This document shows positions 28,732 through 37,084 of a DNA stretch of 64,000 nt, piece by piece. The notes under the pieces are model-generated. The model did no database searches. It was given only the letters and a program-made list of their open reading frames with translations, and had not been told where the DNA came from. The DNA is taken from NCBI GenBank assembly GCA_049976445.1, contig JBMFIF010000001.1, positions 24,634 to 88,633 on the forward strand, written 5' to 3'. Origin of the DNA: Thermoprotei archaeon (GTDB lineage Archaea; Thermoproteota; Thermoprotei; Gearchaeales; WAQG01). The position numbers and the translations under genes were made by a program. How positions within the stretch are numbered: position 1 is the stretch's first letter; each line of letters opens with the position of its first letter.

Positions 28732-29144
28732 ACTACACACTGAAGTTAAAGTTTTAAGAAAAGTCTGATTATTTTTACTTACTGTAATTATTTTTAATGT
28801 TTTATACCTTATTTGGAAAGTGCTTGTTGCATAATTCGTGCGTGGTTTTGTGGAGCGTTTCGCAGTCTCCTCCAATCTCATAATACTTACCGGTAGGATT
28901 TGATGTATGCTAGTTAGGAGTGTTCATTAAAACTGTGAGAAAACATCATCAAATTCTTAACTCATAAGAATACTCAGCATAGAAAGCACACCAAAAACGC
29001 ATCAGAATTATGCAACAAAGCATTGGAAAGAATACTCTTTTTATTATATGATAAGATTTGAAGTATTATTCCTAATGTTTTATTTGTTTTGTTGTCTTTT
29101 ATTTTTGTTCTGAACATAACGAAAATGTTTTATTTTAGGATTAT

Positions 29145-30200
29145 TTGGTGATATTTATGGTTAGAGTTTCCATAGTTGGCGGTTCGGGATACAATGGAGG
29201 AGAATTATTAAGGATCTTAGCAAATCATTCGAAAGTCGAAGTTACTTATGTGACTTCTAAAGAATATGTTGGGAAACCTATAACTTTCGTACATCCGAAT
29301 TTGAGAGGATTTTATTCTTTAAGGTTTTCAGAGTATAATATAGATAAGCTAACTAATCTATCAGATGTAGTGTTTCTATCTGTACCACATGGCGTCTCAA
29401 TGACTTTAGTTCCGAGTCTTTTAAATGTTGGTTTGCGGGTGATTGATCTTAGTGCTGATTATAGACTTAAAGATCCTGAACTCTATAAGATCTGGTACGG
29501 GATTGAGCATCCACAACCTGATCTCTTAAGTAAGGCCGTTTATGGGCTACCGGAGCTACATTTTGATGAGTTGCAGAATGCTAGTCTGATAGCATCTCCA
29601 GGTTGTAATGCGACCGCTTCTATATTAGCTTTGGCACCTCTTGCAGCTAATGGTTTGGTTTACGGTAATGTCATTGTTGATATAAAGGCTGGTAGTAGTG
29701 AAGGTGGTTCTAAACCTACTGCAGGTAGTCATCATCCAGAGCGTGAGCATGCTATCAGGCCTTACGAAGCAGAGGGACATAGACATGTTGCTGAAATCGA
29801 GCAAGAATTAAATCGAATTTCTAAGAAAATTGGAAAAGTGAGTCTTATTCCTCATGCTGTAAGTAGTGTAAGAGGTGTACTGGCTTCTGCGCATGTTTGG
29901 GTTGAGTCTGTGTTAAGTGATTTAGATTTATTAAAAATTGTTTCAGGATTTTATAAGGACAGGAAGTTTATTCGTATTGTGAGAGGGTTTCCTCAGTATC
30001 CAGATCCAAAGTATGTGATTGGAAGTAACTTTGCTGATATTGGTTTTGCTTTTGAGAAGCGTGTTAATAGGGTTACTATTTTTGCGGCGTTGGATAATCT
30101 AATTAAGGGTGGTGCTGGGCAGGCAGTTCAGGCGTTTAACATATCTATGGGATTTGATGAAGGAGAGGGTCTCATGACACCTCCTTTAAGGCCGGTGTGA
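29145..30200 (+). CDS. lysY: N-acetyl-gamma-glutamyl-phosphate / [LysW]-aminoadipyl-phosphate reductase
   Basis: The N-terminal VSIVGGSGYNGGELLRIL and the catalytic Cys context (SPGCNAT) are present. Confidence 0.85.
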   Translation: MVIFMVRVSIVGGSGYNGGELLRILANHSKVEVTYVTSKEYVGKPITFVHPNLRGFYSLRFSEYNIDKLTNLSDVVFLSVPHGVSMTLVPSLLNVGLRVIDLSADYRLKDPELYKIWYGIEHPQPDLLSKAVYGLPELHFDELQNASLIASPGCNATASILALAPLAANGLVYGNVIVDIKAGSSEGGSKPTAGSHHPEREHAIRPYEAEGHRHVAEIEQELNRISKKIGKVSLIPHAVSSVRGVLASAHVWVESVLSDLDLLKIVSGFYKDRKFIRIVRGFPQYPDPKYVIGSNFADIGFAFEKRVNRVTIFAALDNLIKGGAGQAVQAFNISMGFDEGEGLMTPPLRPV

Positions 30201-30203
30201 ATT

Positions 30204-30995
30204 ATGGTTATCGTTGTGAAAGCTGGTGGTAGGGTTATAAAAAATAATCTGAACAAATTGATCAAGAGTATTGCATCTTATCAGGAAAAATTAATTTTTG
30301 TTCATGGTGGTGGTGACCAAGTGACCGAGTATAGTAAAAGGATGGGTATAGAACCTAAATTTATTACGTCACCTGAGGGTGTTATGAGCCGTTATACCTC
30401 CCGAGAGGAGTTGGATATTTATGTTATGGTGATGAGTTTAATAAATAAAACAATCACATCAATGTTAATAAGTTTTGGTAAAAAGGTTATAGGTATTACT
30501 GGTATCGATGGTGCTATTTTTACTGCAATTCGAAAGAAAAAGGTTATGATTGTGGATGAGCGTGGACGTAAGCGAATCATCGATGGTGGTTATACTGGAA
30601 AAATTAACGATGTAAATTTTAGTTTGATTAATGCTTTACTTGGTCTTGTTGATATTGTTGTGATCTCCCCAGTAGCTATTGATGTTTCTGAGGGTGTTCC
30701 TCTTAATGTTGACGGTGATCAAGTAGCAAAAGCTATAGCTATAAGCGGTAAAGTTGAGAGATTGATTTTTCTTACTGATGTTGATGGTGTGATTTTCGAT
30801 AATAGATTAGTAAAGCATCTTTCTGTTAACGAAGCGATAGAAATAGTCTCCAAAATTGGCCCTGGCATGAATAGAAAGCTTCTTATGGGGTCTGAGGCTA
30901 TTAATGCTGGAGTGCATAAGGTGATAATATCCTCTGGTTTGGTGGATGATCCTATAGGTAATGCATTAAATGATGGAGGGACCGTTATTGAATAA
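30204..30995 (+). CDS. lysZ: Acetylglutamate kinase-family [LysW]-aminoadipate/glutamate kinase
   Basis: Amino-acid kinase fold (VVKAGG...FVHGGG). Confidence 0.85.
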   Translation: MVIVVKAGGRVIKNNLNKLIKSIASYQEKLIFVHGGGDQVTEYSKRMGIEPKFITSPEGVMSRYTSREELDIYVMVMSLINKTITSMLISFGKKVIGITGIDGAIFTAIRKKKVMIVDERGRKRIIDGGYTGKINDVNFSLINALLGLVDIVVISPVAIDVSEGVPLNVDGDQVAKAIAISGKVERLIFLTDVDGVIFDNRLVKHLSVNEAIEIVSKIGPGMNRKLLMGSEAINAGVHKVIISSGLVDDPIGNALNDGGTVIE

Positions 30996-31410
30996 GATTG
31001 ATGAGAAGGATTTGAAAATACTTAGTATTTTAAGAAAAAATGTGAGGACTCCATATACCGTAATCGCAAGAGAGCTTAATGTGAGTGAGGCTGCTGTGAG
31101 AAAAAGAGTGGAAAAATTAATACGAATGGGTGTAATAAAAAGGTTTACGATTGATTATGAATTAAAGAATGAAGTGAGGGCAATTGTAATGGTTAAGACA
31201 ATGCCTCCAATAAGTACACCAGAGGTTTCTAAGAAAATCATTGCTATTGATGGAGTAGAGGCAGTTTATGAGACTACTGGAGATTATGATATACTGGCTA
31301 TAATAAGGGGAAATAATATTGCAATGATTAATAAAAGTATCGATGCAATAAGAAGTATTGAGGGGGTTTCTGGTACGAACAGTATGATTGTTTTAAGAAC
31401 GTGGTTATAA
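30970..31410 (+). CDS. lysM: Lrp/AsnC-family transcriptional regulator (lysine-cluster regulator LysM-like)
   Basis: The Lrp/AsnC HTH (LKILSILRKNVRTPYTVIARELNVSEAAVRKRVEKL) is followed by a RAM domain. Its position inside the lys cluster supports the call. Confidence 0.75.
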   Translation: MMEGPLLNKIDEKDLKILSILRKNVRTPYTVIARELNVSEAAVRKRVEKLIRMGVIKRFTIDYELKNEVRAIVMVKTMPPISTPEVSKKIIAIDGVEAVYETTGDYDILAIIRGNNIAMINKSIDAIRSIEGVSGTNSMIVLRTWL

Positions 31411-31509
31411 CATTAACATGCAGTATTGTTTCTATTTCGAACGATTTTCAATAAAAATGCTTTTATTCATCGTACTGAGATGTGTAAAGTCTGGAGGTGA
31501 TAATGGGCA

Positions 31510-31674
31510 ATGATCGCTCGATGTCCATTATGTGGAGGAAATGTAAAAGTTCCAGATGATGCGTTGCCTGGAGAAATCGTAGAGCACAGCTGTGGTGCGA
31601 CTTTAGAGGTACATGTAAATGATGGTAGTATAATACTGAAGTTGGCAGAGATTGGAGAGGATTGGGGAGAGTGA
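31510..31674 (+). CDS. lysW: Amino-group carrier protein LysW (54 aa; absent from the ORF track because it is under 60 aa)
   Basis: Translation is [54 protein letters not shown]. It has a Zn-ribbon CPxCG...C and the C-terminal EDWGE tail used for substrate attachment. An SD-like GGAGGTGA lies 5 nt upstream of the ATG. Its stop overlaps the lysX GTG start (GTGA). Confidence 0.75.
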   Translation: MIARCPLCGGNVKVPDDALPGEIVEHSCGATLEVHVNDGSIILKLAEIGEDWGE

Positions 31675-32519
31675 ATTTAGGAATAGCATACGACTTTCTA
31701 CGATGGGAAGAAAATGATATAATTAATGAGGCAAAGAATCGCCAAATTAGGATCACCCCGATTTATTTAAAAGATTTCTCTATTAATATAAACGATGGAT
31801 TAAATTTGGACATAGATGCTGTAATTCAAAGGGGAGTTAGTCATAGTAGAGCATACACTTCTACTATTCTTTTTGAATCAAAATCATTATTTGTAATTAA
31901 TCCATCTCATGTATTGGAAATATGTGAGAATAAATTATATGTTACTTCAGTATTAGCTAAAAACAATATACCTGTTCCTAGGACTGGGATAGCTTATAAT
32001 AGAGATGAAGCTATAAAATTAGCTCAAAAAATTGGGTATCCAGTTGTTATTAAGCCAATTGATGGTAGTTGGGGCCGAATGGTTGCAAAAGCTGATGATG
32101 AAGATACGTTAAGAAGCCTTTTGGAATATCAGGAATATTCAAACACATCGTTTAAAAGTATCTTTTATATTCAAGAATATGTAAGAAAACCTAATAGGGA
32201 TATAAGGATTTTTGTAATAGGTGATGAGGTTCCCGTGGGTATATATAGAATTAATGAAAAAAATTGGAGGACGAATACAGCATTGGGCGCAAGAGCGGAA
32301 CCATTAAAGATCGATGATAAGTTAATTGATTTATCTTTAAAAGTTAAAGAAAGTATAGGAGGTTTATTTTTAGGTATTGATATTTTTGAGGATCCATTAC
32401 GAGGATATTTAGTTGATGAGGTTAATGGAATTCCTGAATATAAGAATACTGTACGTGTTACCGGTTTTAACGTTTCTGGTAAATTGTTAGAAAAAATAGC
32501 AGAGGTTGTTAAACGTTGA
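31671..32519 (+). CDS. lysX: RimK-family ATP-grasp ligase LysX (ligates alpha-aminoadipate to LysW)
   Basis: The RimK/ATP-grasp fold begins (V)[15 protein letters not shown] probable GTG start sits at the GTGA overlap with lysW; the ORF track's 31662 start is in the same frame. Confidence 0.8.
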   Translation: MNLGIAYDFLRWEENDIINEAKNRQIRITPIYLKDFSININDGLNLDIDAVIQRGVSHSRAYTSTILFESKSLFVINPSHVLEICENKLYVTSVLAKNNIPVPRTGIAYNRDEAIKLAQKIGYPVVIKPIDGSWGRMVAKADDEDTLRSLLEYQEYSNTSFKSIFYIQEYVRKPNRDIRIFVIGDEVPVGIYRINEKNWRTNTALGARAEPLKIDDKLIDLSLKVKESIGGLFLGIDIFEDPLRGYLVDEVNGIPEYKNTVRVTGFNVSGKLLEKIAEVVKR

Positions 32520-33673
32520 AATTGGTTAGTTTTTTTGGTAATAGAGGACTCAAAATTGTTAAAGGTGAGGACCAATACGTATGGGATGAAAATGGTGTCA
32601 AATATCTTGACCTACATACTGGACATGGTGTAGCTTTCCTTGGTCACAGGAATAAAATTGTTGTTGAATATTTAAACAGACAAATGAATGAGATAATGAC
32701 TTTAACTACGGCTTTCTCATCATCAATACGTGACGAAATGTTAAGCGAGCTTGAATACGTGAAACCTGACGGACTTGATAACGTTTTTCTTTTGAACAGC
32801 GGTAGTGAAGCTGTAGAATTGGCAGTAAAAATTGCTAAAAAGATTACAAAAAGAAAGAAGTTTGTCGCTTTTAAAAATTCTTTTCATGGCAGGACTTTTG
32901 CAGCCTTATCTCTCACATGGAATAAAAAATATAGAGAACCTTTTGAACCTCTTATGGATGATGTTATATTTGCTGAATTCAACAACATTGAATCATTAAA
33001 AGTTGTAGATGATACAATTGCAGGAATAATAGTTGAGCCAGTTCAAGGTGAAGGAGGTGTTATACCTGCTCAGCTAGATTTTATGAAAGCCTTAAGGGAT
33101 ATTGCTGATAATACTGGTAGTATTCTTATAGTAGATGAAGTTCAAAGTGGATTTGGAAGAACTGGAAAAATATGGGCATATCAACATTTTAACATAAAAC
33201 CAGATATAATGACTGCCGGTAAAGCTATAGGTGGAGGTTTTCCAGTAAGTGCAGTATTCATGCCAGACTGGATTGCCAGTAAGCTGGATGAAGGTGATCA
33301 TGGTAGTACGTATGGTGGAAATCCACTTGCTATGGCTGCTGTTACTGCATCAGTAAAAGTTTTAAAAAATGATAATGTGATTAATAATGTTAGCGAGAAG
33401 GGGAAAAATTTTATTGACCTACTTAAGGTTAATTTAAAAGATTTTGATATTGTACGTAATATTAGAGGTCTTGGATTTATGATAGGAATTGATATGCGTA
33501 TAAATCCATCAAGTATCATAAAAGCACTTCAAGAAGAGAGGATTTTATCACTTAAGGCTGGAGTAACTACTATTAGATTTTTACCACCATACATGATAAC
33601 ATATGATGATATGAGGAATACTGTTGATACGTTAAGAAAAATATTTCAAAAAATTGAAATGAAAGCTGCATGA
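32516..33673 (+). CDS. lysJ: Class-III aminotransferase (acetylornithine/[LysW]-aminoadipate-semialdehyde aminotransferase)
   Basis: PLP-lysine context ([11 protein letters not shown]) and the class III fold are present. Confidence 0.85.
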   Translation: MKLVSFFGNRGLKIVKGEDQYVWDENGVKYLDLHTGHGVAFLGHRNKIVVEYLNRQMNEIMTLTTAFSSSIRDEMLSELEYVKPDGLDNVFLLNSGSEAVELAVKIAKKITKRKKFVAFKNSFHGRTFAALSLTWNKKYREPFEPLMDDVIFAEFNNIESLKVVDDTIAGIIVEPVQGEGGVIPAQLDFMKALRDIADNTGSILIVDEVQSGFGRTGKIWAYQHFNIKPDIMTAGKAIGGGFPVSAVFMPDWIASKLDEGDHGSTYGGNPLAMAAVTASVKVLKNDNVINNVSEKGKNFIDLLKVNLKDFDIVRNIRGLGFMIGIDMRINPSSIIKALQEERILSLKAGVTTIRFLPPYMITYDDMRNTVDTLRKIFQKIEMKAA

Positions 33674-35179
33674 TTATAATGCTAGAGCAATACCCTCGCT
33701 TCTTGGATCAGACGTACCAGCATACACTCCTCGTACATATTCAATGATATTTGCTATTCCTACACTACTACTGTAATATAGTAATGTTTCTATTTTTATC
33801 TCATTACTTTTGGGTAATTGCAGTCTTCCCTCAATAATTGCACTAAAGTATTTATTCCACTCTGTTAACATAAATCTTGGTGCATCTACAGCTTTAGAAA
33901 TGTTCATATTGTAGGCAACAATATTTTCAAGTATCTCAGAGTGAATCTGAGGTCGTAGATCACCACCTGCACATCCGATGATAAGTTTTCGTTCGCCTTT
34001 TTCTGCTAAAAGTACTGAAAGTGTGTGTAAAGGTCGTCTACCTCTACCAGGTCTATTTGGAGATGAAAGAAATTTAGCAAACCCTGCGCCTCTATTTTGA
34101 AACGGTATTCCTTTAACTACTATTCCTGATCCAAATGGATAAAAGAGGCTTTGAATAAATCCTACCATATTACCAAACTTATCAGCTACTGCAAAGAATG
34201 TTGTGTCAGCACCTTTTAATATGCCACCTTTAAGCTTCTCCTGTATTCTGTTTCTTAGATAATTTTTAGAGAGAAGTTTCTCGATAGGTATTTGAGAAAA
34301 TCTTGGATCTCCAAGAAATGCATCACGGTCTTCATATGCCAATCCTGTAATTTTCAATTGTAATTCAATTCTTTGTGGATCATTAAAATCTAGCCTATCG
34401 ATGTTAGCTTCCTCTATCATGGATAAGATTTCAAGTGTTGTAATACCTTGAGTATTAGGTGGTAATTCATAAATATCGTAACCTCTATATTCTGATCTTA
34501 ATGGTCGAACAGGTTCACCTTTATAAACTCTTAAATCCCTAATATCTACTGGTACGTCTTGTGCTCTTAAGCCATCAGCAAGTTCCCTTGCAAGTTCTCC
34601 TTTATAAAATTCTTCAGGTCCAAATTTACTGATCTTTTTCAACACTTCACCTAAATCTTTTTGTATAAACCAATCACCAGATTTAAAATTCCCATACAAC
34701 TTGTTCCAACTTTGATAACTGGCAAGAATATTTTTCGAAGCTTCTATTGCACGCGCTAACTCATCGCTAACTGGAAATCCATTAACTGCTAATGATATTG
34801 CTTGTGAAAGTAATTCTTCAAGATTTTTTGTGCAATACTTATCATAAACCCACCGCCATAAATCGACTAAGCCTGGTATTGTAACAGTTAATGGTCCACG
34901 CACTGGTGCAATGCTTATGTATTCTTTTTCATCGAACCCTGAGGGAGCAGGTCCTGAACCATTATAACCTATAATACCATCCGGTGTTATTGCAAGTATA
35001 AAACCATCACCACCTAATCCGCCAGTATGGGGAATTACTACTGAAAGAACTGAACTTATTGTGATGGCTGCATCGAATGCGTTCCCTCCGTTTTCGAGTA
35101 TTTTAATTCCAGCCATTGATGCATGATAATTTTGCGATACAACAACTCCATTTTTGCCATAAACTGTAAAACCTGGCAT
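33674..35179 (-). CDS. ggt: Gamma-glutamyltranspeptidase family protein
   Basis: The GGT fold carries the nucleophile Thr context (GADTTFFAVADKFGN). The stop codon abuts the lysJ stop, with zero intergenic spacing in a convergent arrangement. Confidence 0.8.
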   Translation of the reverse strand: MPGFTVYGKNGVVVSQNYHASMAGIKILENGGNAFDAAITISSVLSVVIPHTGGLGGDGFILAITPDGIIGYNGSGPAPSGFDEKEYISIAPVRGPLTVTIPGLVDLWRWVYDKYCTKNLEELLSQAISLAVNGFPVSDELARAIEASKNILASYQSWNKLYGNFKSGDWFIQKDLGEVLKKISKFGPEEFYKGELARELADGLRAQDVPVDIRDLRVYKGEPVRPLRSEYRGYDIYELPPNTQGITTLEILSMIEEANIDRLDFNDPQRIELQLKITGLAYEDRDAFLGDPRFSQIPIEKLLSKNYLRNRIQEKLKGGILKGADTTFFAVADKFGNMVGFIQSLFYPFGSGIVVKGIPFQNRGAGFAKFLSSPNRPGRGRRPLHTLSVLLAEKGERKLIIGCAGGDLRPQIHSEILENIVAYNMNISKAVDAPRFMLTEWNKYFSAIIEGRLQLPKSNEIKIETLLYYSSSVGIANIIEYVRGVYAGTSDPRSEGIALAL

Positions 35180-35257
35180 TGAATATCATAGTATTATAGT
35201 TTTACTACATATTTAACTTATTGTATATTAGTTATAACAGCATTTCGTTAAAATATT

Positions 35258-36160
35258 TTAACCTATACTTTTTATGATTTCTTCCTCATTCTCCCTCTGT
35301 TTCTCATGCATTATTCTTCCTGGCCGTACTTTTATCATACCTAATCCTATTTCCCTTCCTTTTCCAACACCAATAAACTCTGCATATGCTAAGAGTCTTG
35401 CTATAATATTCCTTGTTTCAAGATTAAGTTTTTCATCAACTTTATATACGCACCAACCTATAAACCCTCGTATTACATGTTTGTGATCGTTGTTTCGTAC
35501 TATAATTGTTACTGGGTTTAAATAATATCCAGCTTCATGTATGTAGCTGTATGATATTTTGTTTATATTTTTTATGTCAATTTTCATGTCATTTGGTACA
35601 TGTTTATTCCAATGTAATGCAATATTTGATATTAAAGTATGAGGAAGGGGAAAAAGCCTTAACCATGATTTTGTGGTAGGCATTGGTATTTTAATTATAA
35701 ACTGTGTTGGTGTCATGAAATCTATTCTGAAATCGCCTGTAAGGTTTATCAATAACTCATTGATATTAATACTTTTAACTTGTGATGCTACTAAAAGTAT
35801 ACTAGTATTATAGAGTGAAACACGCCAACCGCTCGATATATTTTTCATAAAAAAATCTTGTAACTCATTAACAGGATTTTTGGATAAAAATGATACATAA
35901 AAGACGTATTTTTTTCCTGCATATAACAAAACTGGCGATGATTTTTTCCCTGCATTTCGAAATTTATATATAGGCTTATTATTGCTCATAACAGGTGATA
36001 CTGTTAAATTGCTTAATGCATTGCTAGCAATGATATTCGAAACTATGGTCTCATGATTCTGTATATTCTTAAGTATGAGTTTTGATATTATCGACGTGAA
36101 ACTATCTACAGTAATAGTGGATTCAGGTATAAATTCTAATGTTATACGTGTCATATACAT
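35258..36160 (-). CDS. cas6: Cas6-family endoribonuclease homolog (orphan, no CRISPR array or other cas genes in the window)
   Basis: The C-terminal glycine-rich loop GVGKGREIGLG matches the Cas6 GhGxxxxxGhG signature exactly. Upstream motifs RIDFMTPTQF and RLFPLPH resemble Cas6 beta-strand motifs. At 300 aa it has Cas6 size. Confidence 0.55.
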   Translation of the reverse strand: MYMTRITLEFIPESTITVDSFTSIISKLILKNIQNHETIVSNIIASNALSNLTVSPVMSNNKPIYKFRNAGKKSSPVLLYAGKKYVFYVSFLSKNPVNELQDFFMKNISSGWRVSLYNTSILLVASQVKSININELLINLTGDFRIDFMTPTQFIIKIPMPTTKSWLRLFPLPHTLISNIALHWNKHVPNDMKIDIKNINKISYSYIHEAGYYLNPVTIIVRNNDHKHVIRGFIGWCVYKVDEKLNLETRNIIARLLAYAEFIGVGKGREIGLGMIKVRPGRIMHEKQRENEEEIIKSIG

Positions 36161-36231
36161 TTCATTATCACACCATGTATCGTTAAATAATTATACATAC
36201 AGAAATAAATAGATGCCTATTTTTTTATTTA

Positions 36232-37032
36232 TTGAGAGAAATGGTTTTCAGTAATTTAAATGATCTTATATATAAATCAATACAACGTTTTATGGACGAA
36301 CCTAGTTTAATAGAAACTACTGCTAAATCTGTACTTTTTGTGGGTGATACTCATGGTGCTGTAGACGTTACACAGAAGGTTCTTCGAGAGTATAGAGGTA
36401 TTGTTGATTTAATAGTATTTCTTGGTGATTACGTAGATAGAAGTGATACAGGTCTTGATAACCTTGAACTTATATTAACAGCTAAGTTAAGAGATCCAAA
36501 ACACATAATAGTATTACGTGGTAATCACGAAAGTCCAATCACTAATTATTATTATGGATTCTATGAAGAAGTTTTAGTAAAACTAGGTTCAGGATCGTAT
36601 AATCAATTCGTGGAGTTATTTTCTGTAATGCCATATTCTATAAAGGTAAATGGCATATTAGGATTGCATGGTGGTATTCCTCGCAATGTAGAAAACCTCT
36701 CTGAAATTGCGAAACTACAAAAAGGTGATGAAGAACCAAAAAATCCTATAGCATTTCAGGTTCTCTGGAATGATCCTAGCCCAGATATCAGAGGCTTTGA
36801 ACCCAGCCCGCGAGGCTCGGGTATTTATCTTTTTGGAATGGATATTGCTGAGAAGTTTCTAAAAAAGAATGAATTATATATGCTAGTTAGAGGACACGAA
36901 GTTTGTTTTGAGGGCTATAGAATTGATTTTAACGGATTAGTAATAACAGTCTTTTCGAGTCGATATCATGGTGGATATGCAGGGGCATTGCTAGTAAAAG
37001 ATGATAATGAATTGAGATTTTTAACACTCTAA
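36232..37032 (+). CDS. Calcineurin-like metallophosphoesterase (PPP-family Ser/Thr protein phosphatase-like)
   Basis: GDTHG, GDYVDR and GNHE motifs are present in the canonical order. Confidence 0.7.
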   Translation: MREMVFSNLNDLIYKSIQRFMDEPSLIETTAKSVLFVGDTHGAVDVTQKVLREYRGIVDLIVFLGDYVDRSDTGLDNLELILTAKLRDPKHIIVLRGNHESPITNYYYGFYEEVLVKLGSGSYNQFVELFSVMPYSIKVNGILGLHGGIPRNVENLSEIAKLQKGDEEPKNPIAFQVLWNDPSPDIRGFEPSPRGSGIYLFGMDIAEKFLKKNELYMLVRGHEVCFEGYRIDFNGLVITVFSSRYHGGYAGALLVKDDNELRFLTL

Positions 37033-37084
37033 TGTTCAATTAAAGGATTGACTGCATGATTAGTTTAAATATGGATTTAATTGA

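Noticed and set aside
28627-28881. 84-aa minus-strand ORF overlapping MITE copy 2
   Set aside because: It spans a repetitive element and promoter region, with no RBS or homology, and is likely spurious.
31463-31756. 97-aa minus-strand ORF
   Set aside because: It is antisense to the well-supported lysW/lysX junction.
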